NCBI GenBank assembly: GCA_033856275.1
Contig: JAWVFJ010000016.1
Location: 51,656 to 91,655, forward strand
DNA length: 40,000 nucleotides
Direction of reading: 5' to 3'
DNA from: Solirubrobacterales bacterium
Lineage (GTDB): Bacteria > Actinomycetota > Thermoleophilia > Solirubrobacterales > 70-9
The translations under genes and the position numbers were made by a program. Within the stretch, counting starts at the first letter, position 1, and the number at the start of each line of letters is the position of its first letter. Below, in pieces: positions 24,455-32,075 of this stretch. The notes under the pieces were generated by a model that ran no database searches, was not told the DNA's origin, and saw nothing but the letters and a program-made list of their open reading frames with translations.

Positions 24455-25510
24455 TTAGTAGTACCGGGTCAGCTCAAGCGGCAGGGGAAACTCGACCGCC
24501 TGGATGCAGGCGCCGTAGAACGGGCACCGCAACGCGGTCGCCGGGTCGAGGCAGACGGGATCGATGTCGGTGCAATTGACGCGGTTGAGCCAGAATTTGT
24601 TGTCGAGGATGGCTCCGGAGAGCCCGGTGCGCTCGGCGATCGCGACGAAGGCGACGAGGGCCAGCCTCCGCAACTCCAGCGCCTCCTCGCCCGACAGCAG
24701 ACGGCTCGCCTTCAGCTTCTGCTCCAGTCGCGGCTCCGGGCGGAGCATTCCTTGGCGCAGGGCGTGTCTCAACAGGTGGTAGTCGATCGCCGGCAGTGGC
24801 TCGTCCCTGAACTCGAAGACCCCGCTGCCCGAAAGCAAGATCGCGTTGAGCATGGTCAGCTTGAAGATCGGGTCGTCGAACGCCCGGAATCCCCGTGACA
24901 ACTCGGCGAATCGCACGAGTGAGCCCCCCGTCTCCTCGAGCAGGTTGAGAAACTCCCCATTCCACTCGGCCAGCAGGTGTCGACCGAGGTCCCGCAGGTT
25001 GGCGAGACGATCGTCCGCCCCTATCGCAAGCGGGTTGAGCCCGGTGTCGTCGCTGAAGATCGCATCGAAGTCGCTCTCGCTCATCGTCGCCAGGAAGCCG
25101 GCGTCGAGGATCCGGCCCCCACCCCGGTCCAACTCACGACGCAGCGCCCTCCACATGTACATCGCGCCGCGGTACGTCGTGCCGTCCAGCGTGCCCACCG
25201 CGGGAGCCATGCTCTCCCCTTCGAGTCGCCAAAAGCGGAAGTTGATCGAATTTCCGACGGCGAAGAACTGCGAGCGCTCAGACCTGTTCCCAGCGACGTT
25301 CCAGAAGAGGTCGTCATCCCAGCTCGCGGGTTCGAACTCTCGAAAGTCGGGCGTGCTCGCGATTTGCCGCGCAATCGCTTCCACCTGGCGCCAATCGATC
25401 TCGGCCAGGCCGCCAGTCGATTGATCGATTCCGAGAGCGATGCTAAGTCCGGCAGTGCTCAAGCCGGAGCTCTCGGTGCCGACAAACCTGGTCGCCATTG
25501 CATTGCCCAT
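24455..25510 (-). CDS. Queuosine-salvage family protein (DUF2419 / Qng1-like N-glycosidase fold)
   Basis: 351-aa ORF. FFAVGNSINFRFW, YRGAMYMWRAL, IFKLTMLNAILL, AIDYHLLRHALRQGMLRP...LLSGEEALELRRLALVAFVAI and the terminal TRYY follow the block order I recall for the Q_salvage family. By-eye assignment only. Confidence 0.6.
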   Translation of the reverse strand: MGNAMATRFVGTESSGLSTAGLSIALGIDQSTGGLAEIDWRQVEAIARQIASTPDFREFEPASWDDDLFWNVAGNRSERSQFFAVGNSINFRFWRLEGESMAPAVGTLDGTTYRGAMYMWRALRRELDRGGGRILDAGFLATMSESDFDAIFSDDTGLNPLAIGADDRLANLRDLGRHLLAEWNGEFLNLLEETGGSLVRFAELSRGFRAFDDPIFKLTMLNAILLSGSGVFEFRDEPLPAIDYHLLRHALRQGMLRPEPRLEQKLKASRLLSGEEALELRRLALVAFVAIAERTGLSGAILDNKFWLNRVNCTDIDPVCLDPATALRCPFYGACIQAVEFPLPLELTRYY

Positions 25511-25567
25511 AGCCCCAATGACGGTAGCGGCCCTCCCAGATGGCGCAGACTGTCGCCCCGGAGCGTT

Positions 25568-25954
25568 CTAGCCCGCTGGCTGCTGCAGCACCGAGAGAAT
25601 GTTGCCGGCCGGGTCCTTGAACCAAGCGATCGAGGGGCCGGGACCGCGGGCAATGCCCTTCTCGTCCTGCTCGAAGCCCTCATAGCGCTCGCAGGCGATC
25701 CCCTTGGCGGCGAGCTCGTCGACGGCGGCGTCGATGTCGTCGACCTCGAAGTTGAGGATCGTGTAGGTGGCCGGGACGAAGTCGGACTTGGCGTAGAGCA
25801 GGGTGTCGCGGCCACCGGCCAGCTGGATCGAGGCGACGCCGTGCTCCTCGCTCAGCACGGTGACCCCGAGGCCCAGCGCCTCGCCGTAGAACCGCTTCGC
25901 CGCATCGATCTCGTCGACGGCGAAGCCGTTGGTCGCTTTCGTGTTCGCGAACAT
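25568..25954 (-). CDS. VOC-family (glyoxalase/bleomycin-resistance fold) protein
   Basis: 128-aa ORF. FAVDEIDAAKRFYGEALGL...ILNFEVDDIDAAVDELAAKG...AWFKDPAGNILSVLQ is the typical paired beta-alpha-beta-beta-beta pattern. Confidence 0.8.
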   Translation of the reverse strand: MFANTKATNGFAVDEIDAAKRFYGEALGLGVTVLSEEHGVASIQLAGGRDTLLYAKSDFVPATYTILNFEVDDIDAAVDELAAKGIACERYEGFEQDEKGIARGPGPSIAWFKDPAGNILSVLQQPAG

Positions 25955-25984
25955 GCCGCTCCTTTCGTTGCCTGCGTATCGCCC

Positions 25985-26332
25985 CTACCCGGCCAGCTCC
26001 GGGATATATCGCTCGAGGTGCGCGGCGATCGTCTCACGGACCCACTGCTGGGTGGGCGAGTCGGCCATCCGGTAGCGCCCGAGCAGCATCTTCTGGTCGG
26101 TTAGCGGCAGGCCCGCGATCTCCCAGCGCACCGCGAGCCGCTCGAAGAGCAGCTCCGAGCGCCGCCGCCAGGCATCGTCCTGGCTGGTCGCCGCGGTCGT
26201 CGGTCCATCCTCCAGCTTGGCGATCGTGGCGGCGCTGAGGGACTCGCGCAGGGTCAGGGTGTTGCCCTCAGCGTCGACGTAGTCGACGCTCGCCGCCTTC
26301 TGCCGCGCCCGCCGTTGCTTGCGCTTCGCCAT
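25985..26332 (-). CDS. Hypothetical protein
   Basis: 115-aa ORF. Its ATG shares one nt with the upstream arfB stop (TGATG). Basic N-terminus MAKRKQRRARQKAA. No family recognised. Confidence 0.5.
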   Translation of the reverse strand: MAKRKQRRARQKAASVDYVDAEGNTLTLRESLSAATIAKLEDGPTTAATSQDDAWRRRSELLFERLAVRWEIAGLPLTDQKMLLGRYRMADSPTQQWVRETIAAHLERYIPELAG

Positions 26333-26733
26333 CAGTACTCGCCTCCCGGCCGCCGCCGCGCCCGCTTGCGTTCGCCCGCCCGCCGCTTCTCTTCCAGCCG
26401 CCGCTCGCGCGAGGCGCGGGTGGGCCGGGTCGGGCGGCGGCGCACCGGTTCGTCGAGGCCGGCGGCGATCTTCTCGGCTAGACGCTTCAACGCGAGCTCC
26501 CGGTTGCGTGCTTGACCGCGCGCGTCCTGCGATACGGCGGTGATCAGCGCTCCGCCGCGCCCGACCAACAACTCGCGCTGCCGTTCGTCGAGCGCCCGCG
26601 AGGCCTCGACGTCGAAGACCGCTTCGACCCGCGAGGCGGTGACATTGGCGTGCTGCCCGCCTGGCCCCGAGGAACGACTGGCGCGCAGCTCGATCTCCGC
26701 CAGTGGGATCGAGAGCCGCGAGTCGATTCTCAG
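26332..26733 (-). CDS. arfB: Peptidyl-tRNA hydrolase ArfB (alternative ribosome-rescue factor, GGQ domain) with apparent non-canonical CTG start
   Basis: Manual translation gives LRIDSRLSIPLAEIELRASRSSGPGGQHANVTASRVEAVFDV...ITAVSQDARGQARNRELALKRL plus a basic tail. This is the ArfB/ICT1 layout with the GGQ motif. An in-frame TGA at 26763..26761 bounds the ORF. The first ATG/GTG/TTG start lies after the GGQ motif. The CTG at 26733..26731 overlaps the upstream stop. Confidence 0.75.
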   Translation of the reverse strand: MRIDSRLSIPLAEIELRASRSSGPGGQHANVTASRVEAVFDVEASRALDERQRELLVGRGGALITAVSQDARGQARNRELALKRLAEKIAAGLDEPVRRRPTRPTRASRERRLEEKRRAGERKRARRRPGGEY

Positions 26734-27017
26734 CTCGTCGGCGATAGGGCGTCGACCTTCTCAGCCAGTTCGAAGTCGGCGCCGGTGAGGCCGCCCTCGG
26801 AATGGGTGGAAATCGTCACCGTCACCGTGTCCCAGGAGATCTCGACGTCGGGATGGTGGCCCATCGCCTCAGCCGGCTCGACCAGACTCGAAACGAACTT
26901 GACCGAGCCGACGAAATCGCCGCAGCCGAAGCGCTTCGAAATCGCTTTGCCCTGGAGCTCCCAGCCATCTCGCTGGGCCAGCTTCGCCTCGATCTCTTCA
27001 TCGCTCAGCAGTGCCAT
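26730..27017 (-). CDS. phhB: Pterin-4-alpha-carbinolamine dehydratase
   Basis: 95-aa ORF. LSDEEIEAKLAQRDGWELQGKAISKRF...AEAMGHHPDVEISWDTVTVTISTHSEGGLT is the PCD/DCoH signature (HHP...W). Confidence 0.85.
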   Translation of the reverse strand: MALLSDEEIEAKLAQRDGWELQGKAISKRFGCGDFVGSVKFVSSLVEPAEAMGHHPDVEISWDTVTVTISTHSEGGLTGADFELAEKVDALSPTS

Positions 27018-27203
27018 CTACGCGACCCCATCGCTTTCTGGGCCCGTTTGCGGCGCGCGATCCGAGCACGCCGTAGGCCTCGAATTTCTGGTCAGTGTAG
27101 AGCTGGTCGATCGTCGGATTGTTGGGAAAGCGTGGTCGGCTCCCATGGTGCGGTGCTCGCTTCAGATCGTCACTCGATTCAACTAAGCTGCTCGAAGCGA
27201 GCG

Positions 27204-27986
27204 ATGCCCAGCTCCACTCCCATCCTTTGGCACATCACTGTCTCGCACTACAGCGAGAAGGCGCGCTGGGCGCTCGACCACAAGCAGATGCCGCACAGGC
27301 GCCGCGCGGTCTCGATCCCCGGCCTTCACATCCCGGCCTCGATGCTGCTCACGCGCGGCGCCAGCCACACCTTTCCGGTGCTCGAACTCGAGGGACGGGC
27401 GATCGGCGACTCGACCGAGATCATCGCCGCGCTGGAGGAGCGCCATCCGGAGCGGCCGCTCTACCCGGCCGATCCCGAGCAGCGCCATCGCGCGCTCGAG
27501 CTGGAGGACTTCTTCGATGAGGAACTGGGGCCCCACCTCCGCCTGCTCGCCTTCCATGAGTTGGGCAAGGACCCAGAGCGCTTCGAGGCGGTGATCGCAC
27601 GCTCCACGCCCGGCCCCGTCGCGAGCCTCGGCAGCGGCGCAGTCACCTACGCCCGCACCTACACCGGCCTGCGCTTCGGCGTTCGCAGCGAGGAGGCCGC
27701 CGAAGTCGCCCGCGGCAAGATCCTGGCGGCGATGGACCGCCTCGACGCCGAGATCGGCCCAAGCGGATACCTGGTCGGCGACTCCTTCAGCGTCGCCGAC
27801 CTCACTGCCGCGGCCCTCTTCTACCCGCTGGTCCTCCCCAACGAGGGGCCGCTGACCGTAGATGAACCGCCCCCAGCCGGAATGGAGAGCTTCCGCGCGC
27901 CGCTGCGGGATCGCCCTGGCTACCGCTGGGTCGAGGAGATGTTCCGCCGGCATCGCAGACCGGGCGCGATCGCAGTGGCTGCCTAG
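27204..27986 (+). CDS. Glutathione S-transferase family protein
   Basis: From ATG 27204: MPSSTPILWHITVSHYSEKARWALDHK...FPVLELEGRAIGDSTEIIAALEERHPERPLYP, a thioredoxin-like GST N-domain, followed by a helical C-domain. The track ORF from 26802 is an over-extension. Confidence 0.75.
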   Translation: MPSSTPILWHITVSHYSEKARWALDHKQMPHRRRAVSIPGLHIPASMLLTRGASHTFPVLELEGRAIGDSTEIIAALEERHPERPLYPADPEQRHRALELEDFFDEELGPHLRLLAFHELGKDPERFEAVIARSTPGPVASLGSGAVTYARTYTGLRFGVRSEEAAEVARGKILAAMDRLDAEIGPSGYLVGDSFSVADLTAAALFYPLVLPNEGPLTVDEPPPAGMESFRAPLRDRPGYRWVEEMFRRHRRPGAIAVAA

Positions 27987-28052
27987 TCCGTACGCCATCG
28001 GGTGACTGACTTGCGTCCGTCACTCCTAAATTTTCAGTAGCTCCCAGTCGAT

Positions 28053-29030
28053 ATGGGCGCTATGAGGGAGACAAGCGGCGACCGCCTGCGGGCGATCATC
28101 CAGATGCAGACCGAGATCGCGGCGAGCGACCTCGATCTCGACGCGGTGATGCAGCTGATCGCCTCGCGCGGGCAGGAGCTGACCGGGGCGAGCGCGGGGG
28201 TGATCGAGGTCGCCGACGGCGACGAGACGGTCTACCGCGTCACCACCGGCGAGGCGACGCCCTTCCTCGGCCTGCGCCTGAAGATGACCGCGAGCCTCTC
28301 CGGCCTCTGCGTTGCCCAGGGCCGGCTGCTGCGCTGCGACGACACCGCCGACGATCCGCGCGTCGATGCGGAGGCCTGCCGGCGGGTCAACACCCGCTCG
28401 ATGCTCTGCGCGCCGCTCTTCCACCACGACCAGACGGTCGGGGTGCTCAAGGTCTACTCGCCGCAGGCAAAGACATTCGACGACGGCGACGTCGAAACGC
28501 TCGAGCTCTTGAGCAACCTGATCGTCGCCCACATGTCGCACGCGAGTCTCTTCGTCACCGAGGTGCACGGCGGTCGCCATGACGCGCTCACCGGCCTGCT
28601 CAACCGCCGTACCTACGAGGAACGCCTGCCGGTCGAGATCGGGCGGGCGTCGCGCTATGCCTGGCCGCTCTCGCTCTGCCTGCTCGACCTCAACGGCTTC
28701 AAGAAGATCAACGACACACTTGGCCACCCCTCTGGGGACAGGACCCTGCAGCAGGTCGCCGCGCTGCTCGACGAGTTGCGGCTCGCCGACGACAGCTTTC
28801 GCATCGGCGGCGACGAGTTCGCGATTCTGATGCCGAAGACCTGCCGCGAAGACGCCGAAGGGGCGGCCGACCGCCTATGCAAGTCGATCACCGAGATCGG
28901 CATGTCGGATGGCTCGCTGGGCGCCTCCTTTGGAGTCGCCGAAGGAGCCAACGACCCCGCTGTCCTGCACGCGATGGCCGACGAACGACTGCTAGCCGCA
29001 AAGGACCGGCTGCACCGGCGCTCGGGCTGA
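28053..29030 (+). CDS. GAF-domain diguanylate cyclase (intact GGDEF)
   Basis: 325-aa ORF with an N-terminal GAF-like region (LSGLCVAQGRLLRCDDTADDPRVD...SMLCAPLFHHDQTVGVLKVYS), then DALTGLLNRR, LLDLNGFKKINDTLGHPSGD and RIGGDEFAIL. Confidence 0.85.
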   Translation: MGAMRETSGDRLRAIIQMQTEIAASDLDLDAVMQLIASRGQELTGASAGVIEVADGDETVYRVTTGEATPFLGLRLKMTASLSGLCVAQGRLLRCDDTADDPRVDAEACRRVNTRSMLCAPLFHHDQTVGVLKVYSPQAKTFDDGDVETLELLSNLIVAHMSHASLFVTEVHGGRHDALTGLLNRRTYEERLPVEIGRASRYAWPLSLCLLDLNGFKKINDTLGHPSGDRTLQQVAALLDELRLADDSFRIGGDEFAILMPKTCREDAEGAADRLCKSITEIGMSDGSLGASFGVAEGANDPAVLHAMADERLLAAKDRLHRRSG

Positions 29031-29441
29031 GCCCGCCGACTGATGCTGCGCAGTAGCGCGGAGCCTCTGGGGTGCGATTACCCCACAGATCCCACCGAAC
29101 CAACGGCCGTGGCGGTGCGAGAGGAAAAGGCCGTAGCTGCGCTCGGTGCGGCGTGGCAGCGCGCAGGCGGCGGCCCGCCGCGAGCTGCGCACGTCGAGTA
29201 TCTGACTGGCGTCGATCGAGTTGGCGCCCTTATAGACGTGGCGCACTTCGTAGCGGAAGTCCGCGTGCAGCGGCCCGTGCGGCAGCACTTTGACCAGCCG
29301 CCCGACGATCGCCGCATCGGATTCGCGCAGCGACTCCCCCGGCGGCTGCGGCGCGCACGAGCAGGCGGCAGCACCGCTGGCACCGACGAGCGCAATCAGC
29401 GCGACCACCAGCCAAGTCCCCCACAGACGCTTCCCCCACAT
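28992..29441 (-). CDS. Secreted TIMP-like (NTR/OB-fold) protein, tentative
   Basis: 149-aa ORF. A signal peptide is followed by a mature N-terminus CSCAPQPPGESLRESDAAIVGRLV, resembling the Cys-X-Cys N-terminus of TIMP/netrin-module proteins, with further Cys residues downstream. Its 3' end overlaps the convergent GGDEF gene by 39 nt. Confidence 0.4.
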   Translation of the reverse strand: MWGKRLWGTWLVVALIALVGASGAAACSCAPQPPGESLRESDAAIVGRLVKVLPHGPLHADFRYEVRHVYKGANSIDASQILDVRSSRRAAACALPRRTERSYGLFLSHRHGRWFGGICGVIAPQRLRATAQHQSAGSARAPVQPVLCG

Positions 29442-29457
29442 CCGCCCAATCTACGCT

Positions 29458-29564
29458 GGGTGCAACGCGTTGTCCACGCCCTGGGGGGACAACGCGTTGC
29501 ACCCGCAGGGGAACTCGAAGGTGCAACGCGCTATCCCCCCGGTAGGGGGACAAAACGTTGCACC
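29458..29564. repeat. Two tandem palindromic units of the GGTGCAACG..TTGTCC family
   Basis: Unit 1 has perfect 18-bp arms GGGTGCAACGCGTTGTCC (29458..29475) and GGACAACGCGTTGCACCC (29487..29504). In unit 2 (29520..29564) the right arm GGGGGACAAAACGTTGCACC carries the 1221..1239 arm sequence plus one extra 5' G, and the left arm has 4 central mismatches. Unit 2 ends 2 nt from the ADH stop. Confidence 0.65.
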
Positions 29565-29565
29565 G

Positions 29566-30600
29566 TTACGGCGTCAAGACGATCTTCAGCGCTTCGCGCT
29601 GGTCGTAGAGCGCGTAGGCCTCGGCGGCCTGATCCAGCTTCATGTGGTGGGTAACTAGGGGCGAGGGATCGAGCTTGCCGGCCTCGATCAGCGCCAGCAC
29701 CCGGTCGACGTGGGCGATCACGTTGGCGAGGCCGAGGCGCAGGGTCAACCCCTTGAGCCAGGCGAGGCCGAGCGGCACCTCCCCGCGGCCGGCGTAAGCG
29801 CCGATGCCAGAAACCGTGCCGGCGTCGCGGGCGAGGCTGACCGCCATCTCCAGCGGCCCCGCATCGCCGACCGCGTCGACGACGACGTCGACGCCGCGTT
29901 TCTCGGTCGCCGCCCGCACGACTCGCTTGGGCTCCTCCTCGGTCAGGTGGATCGAGCTGGCGCCAAAGTCCTTGGCCATCGCCAGGCGCTGCTCGACCGA
30001 GTCGATCGCAAAGACCTTGGTCGCCCCGCCCGCCAGCGCGGCCTGCACCGCACAGAGGCCCACCGGTCCCAGACCGAGGACCGCGACCGTGTCGCCGGAG
30101 CGCATGCCGGCGTGGGCCACCGCGTGATAGCCGGTCCCCATTACGTCGCCGGCGAAGAGCGCCACCTCGTCGGACATCCCCTCCGGCACCCGGCGCAGGG
30201 TCAGGTTGGCGCGGGGCACCAACAGCTGCTCGGCCTGGGCGCCCTGCAGGTCGCCGAGCTTAGAGCCGTGGCCGAAGGTCTGGCCGTTGTCGCAGCGGTG
30301 GTAGTCGCCGCGCAGACAGGAGACGCAGGTGGCGCAAGCGGTGTGGAAGCAGCCGAGCACGCGGTCGCCGACCGCGACGCGCTCGACGCCGGGGCCGGTG
30401 GCAAGCACCGTGCCGACGAACTCGTGGCCGATCGTGAAGCCCCGCTCGACCGGCACCCGTCCATGGAAGATGTGCAGATCCGAGCCGCAAATCCCGCTCG
30501 CCTCGACCCGGACCAGCGCCTCGTCGGCGGCACCGACGACAGGATCGGGCTTCTCCTCGACCCGAACCTCGCCGGGAGCTTGGAAGGTGACGGCGAGCAT
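29566..30600 (-). CDS. Zinc-dependent alcohol dehydrogenase (MDR superfamily)
   Basis: 344-aa ORF with GICGSDLHIFHG...GHEFVGTV, the structural-Zn Cys cluster CATCVSCLRGDYHRC, and the Rossmann motif VAVLGLGPVGL. Confidence 0.85.
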   Translation of the reverse strand: MLAVTFQAPGEVRVEEKPDPVVGAADEALVRVEASGICGSDLHIFHGRVPVERGFTIGHEFVGTVLATGPGVERVAVGDRVLGCFHTACATCVSCLRGDYHRCDNGQTFGHGSKLGDLQGAQAEQLLVPRANLTLRRVPEGMSDEVALFAGDVMGTGYHAVAHAGMRSGDTVAVLGLGPVGLCAVQAALAGGATKVFAIDSVEQRLAMAKDFGASSIHLTEEEPKRVVRAATEKRGVDVVVDAVGDAGPLEMAVSLARDAGTVSGIGAYAGRGEVPLGLAWLKGLTLRLGLANVIAHVDRVLALIEAGKLDPSPLVTHHMKLDQAAEAYALYDQREALKIVLTP

Positions 30601-30665
30601 GAGCCAGAACCTACCCGCTGATCGGCTGAACAGTTGGCGCGACTAACGCGCCCGAGGGAACTCGT

Positions 30666-32075
30666 CTAGCCGACGCTGACGCCGGGCACGCCGAAGCGGT
30701 TGCCGTTGCCCACCGGGTCGGCAGTCTCGGCGATCCGCGCCTCCAGTGCCAGCTCTTTCTCGAAGTCGGCGGCCTCACCGTGCTGGAAGGAGACGTCCTT
30801 GCCCTCGAGCAGCTCGATGAAGACCTCGACGAAGCGCGGGTCGAGCTGTTTGCCGGCGACGCGGCGCAGCTCCTGCATCGCCTCGTAGGTGGAGACGGGC
30901 GTACGGTAGGAATCGCGCGCGGTCATCACGTCATAGGTGTCGGCGACGGAGATGATCCGCGCCAGCTCCGGGATGGCGTCGCCCTCGAGCCCGCGCGGAT
31001 AGCCCTTGCCGTCGATCCGCTCGTGGTGGGCGAGGATGATCTCCGCCACCGGGCCATAGCCGTCGAGCGAGGAGACGACGCGGGCACCCTGCTGGGGATG
31101 GCGCTTGATCAGCATCCAGTCCTCGTCGGTGAGCGGCACGTTGGCCTTGAGGATCCGGTCGGGGAGGATGAACTTGCCGATGTCGTGCAGCAGCGCGGCA
31201 ATGTGGACGAGCTCCTCTTCCTGGCGCGAGTAGCCGGCCCTCTGCGCGATCGCCCGCGAGTAGCGCGCAACGGCGGCGGAGTGCCGCGCGGTCATCTGGT
31301 CCCGCAGGTCGAGCGTGCGCAGCATCGCGCTCAACATCCCGACCTGGAAGCTGGCGAGCTGCTTGCTGCGGCGCTCCAGCTCGTCGCCGCGCTGCTGGGA
31401 AAGCAGCAGTTGGCCGAGCAGGTACTGGAAGGTGATCAGGACGACGCCGAAGAGGGCGATCGCGGCGATGCCGATGATGTGGAAGATGAAGGCGACAGCG
31501 ACGGCAAGCATCGCGCTGGCGAACTCGGAAGGCAGCACTGGGGGCAGCACCTTCAGCTTGCTGCGGAAGGAGACGCGCTCGACGTAGCAGCCATAGCTGG
31601 CGATCATCACGAAGTTAATCGCCAGGGCGAACTGGAAGAGGGCGAAGACGAGCAGGTAGAAGGAGGGGTCGGATGGGGTCAAGCCGATCGCCTGCGTCCC
31701 CTCGTGGAAGGCGATCCCGCCGAGCAGCGGGAAGACCGCGTAGGTGAGGATGTTGTTGAGCAGATAATGCCCCTCGTCGTGCCAGCGGGCGAGCCAGCCG
31801 ACGAACATCGCGGCGACGCCTATCAGCGCCGCCGGCGTGCCGCCGAGGAAGACCATCGCCAGGACGAGGGCGAGGAAGGTGCCGGAGACCTTGACCTTGG
31901 ACTCGGTCGAGACCGCGGTCAGGTAGCTGAAGACCGAGAAGGCGAGCAGAACGGCGAAGAGCGCGAGGTCCCAGTTGGACTCCGATGCATCCCAGACGCC
32001 GACGGCGGCACTCGCCAGCAGTCCGGCGACCATGACGCCGATTGCGAGACGGGTGGGGCGCTTGTCGTCAGCCAT
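30666..32075 (-). CDS. Membrane-anchored HD-GYP domain phosphodiesterase
   Basis: 469-aa ORF with about 7 N-terminal TM helices, then HSAAVARYS, LLHDIGKFILPD, HPQQGARV and ILAHHERIDGKGYPRGL (the HD and GYP motifs). Confidence 0.85.
   Translation of the reverse strand: MADDKRPTRLAIGVMVAGLLASAAVGVWDASESNWDLALFAVLLAFSVFSYLTAVSTESKVKVSGTFLALVLAMVFLGGTPAALIGVAAMFVGWLARWHDEGHYLLNNILTYAVFPLLGGIAFHEGTQAIGLTPSDPSFYLLVFALFQFALAINFVMIASYGCYVERVSFRSKLKVLPPVLPSEFASAMLAVAVAFIFHIIGIAAIALFGVVLITFQYLLGQLLLSQQRGDELERRSKQLASFQVGMLSAMLRTLDLRDQMTARHSAAVARYSRAIAQRAGYSRQEEELVHIAALLHDIGKFILPDRILKANVPLTDEDWMLIKRHPQQGARVVSSLDGYGPVAEIILAHHERIDGKGYPRGLEGDAIPELARIISVADTYDVMTARDSYRTPVSTYEAMQELRRVAGKQLDPRFVEVFIELLEGKDVSFQHGEAADFEKELALEARIAETADPVGNGNRFGVPGVSVG

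Noticed and set aside
13053-25567. Integrase gene and att direct repeats delimiting a mobile island
   Set aside because: No recombinase-like ORF is present, and no visible second copy of the tRNA-Val 3' half. Mobility is therefore not claimed. This is only a by-eye search.
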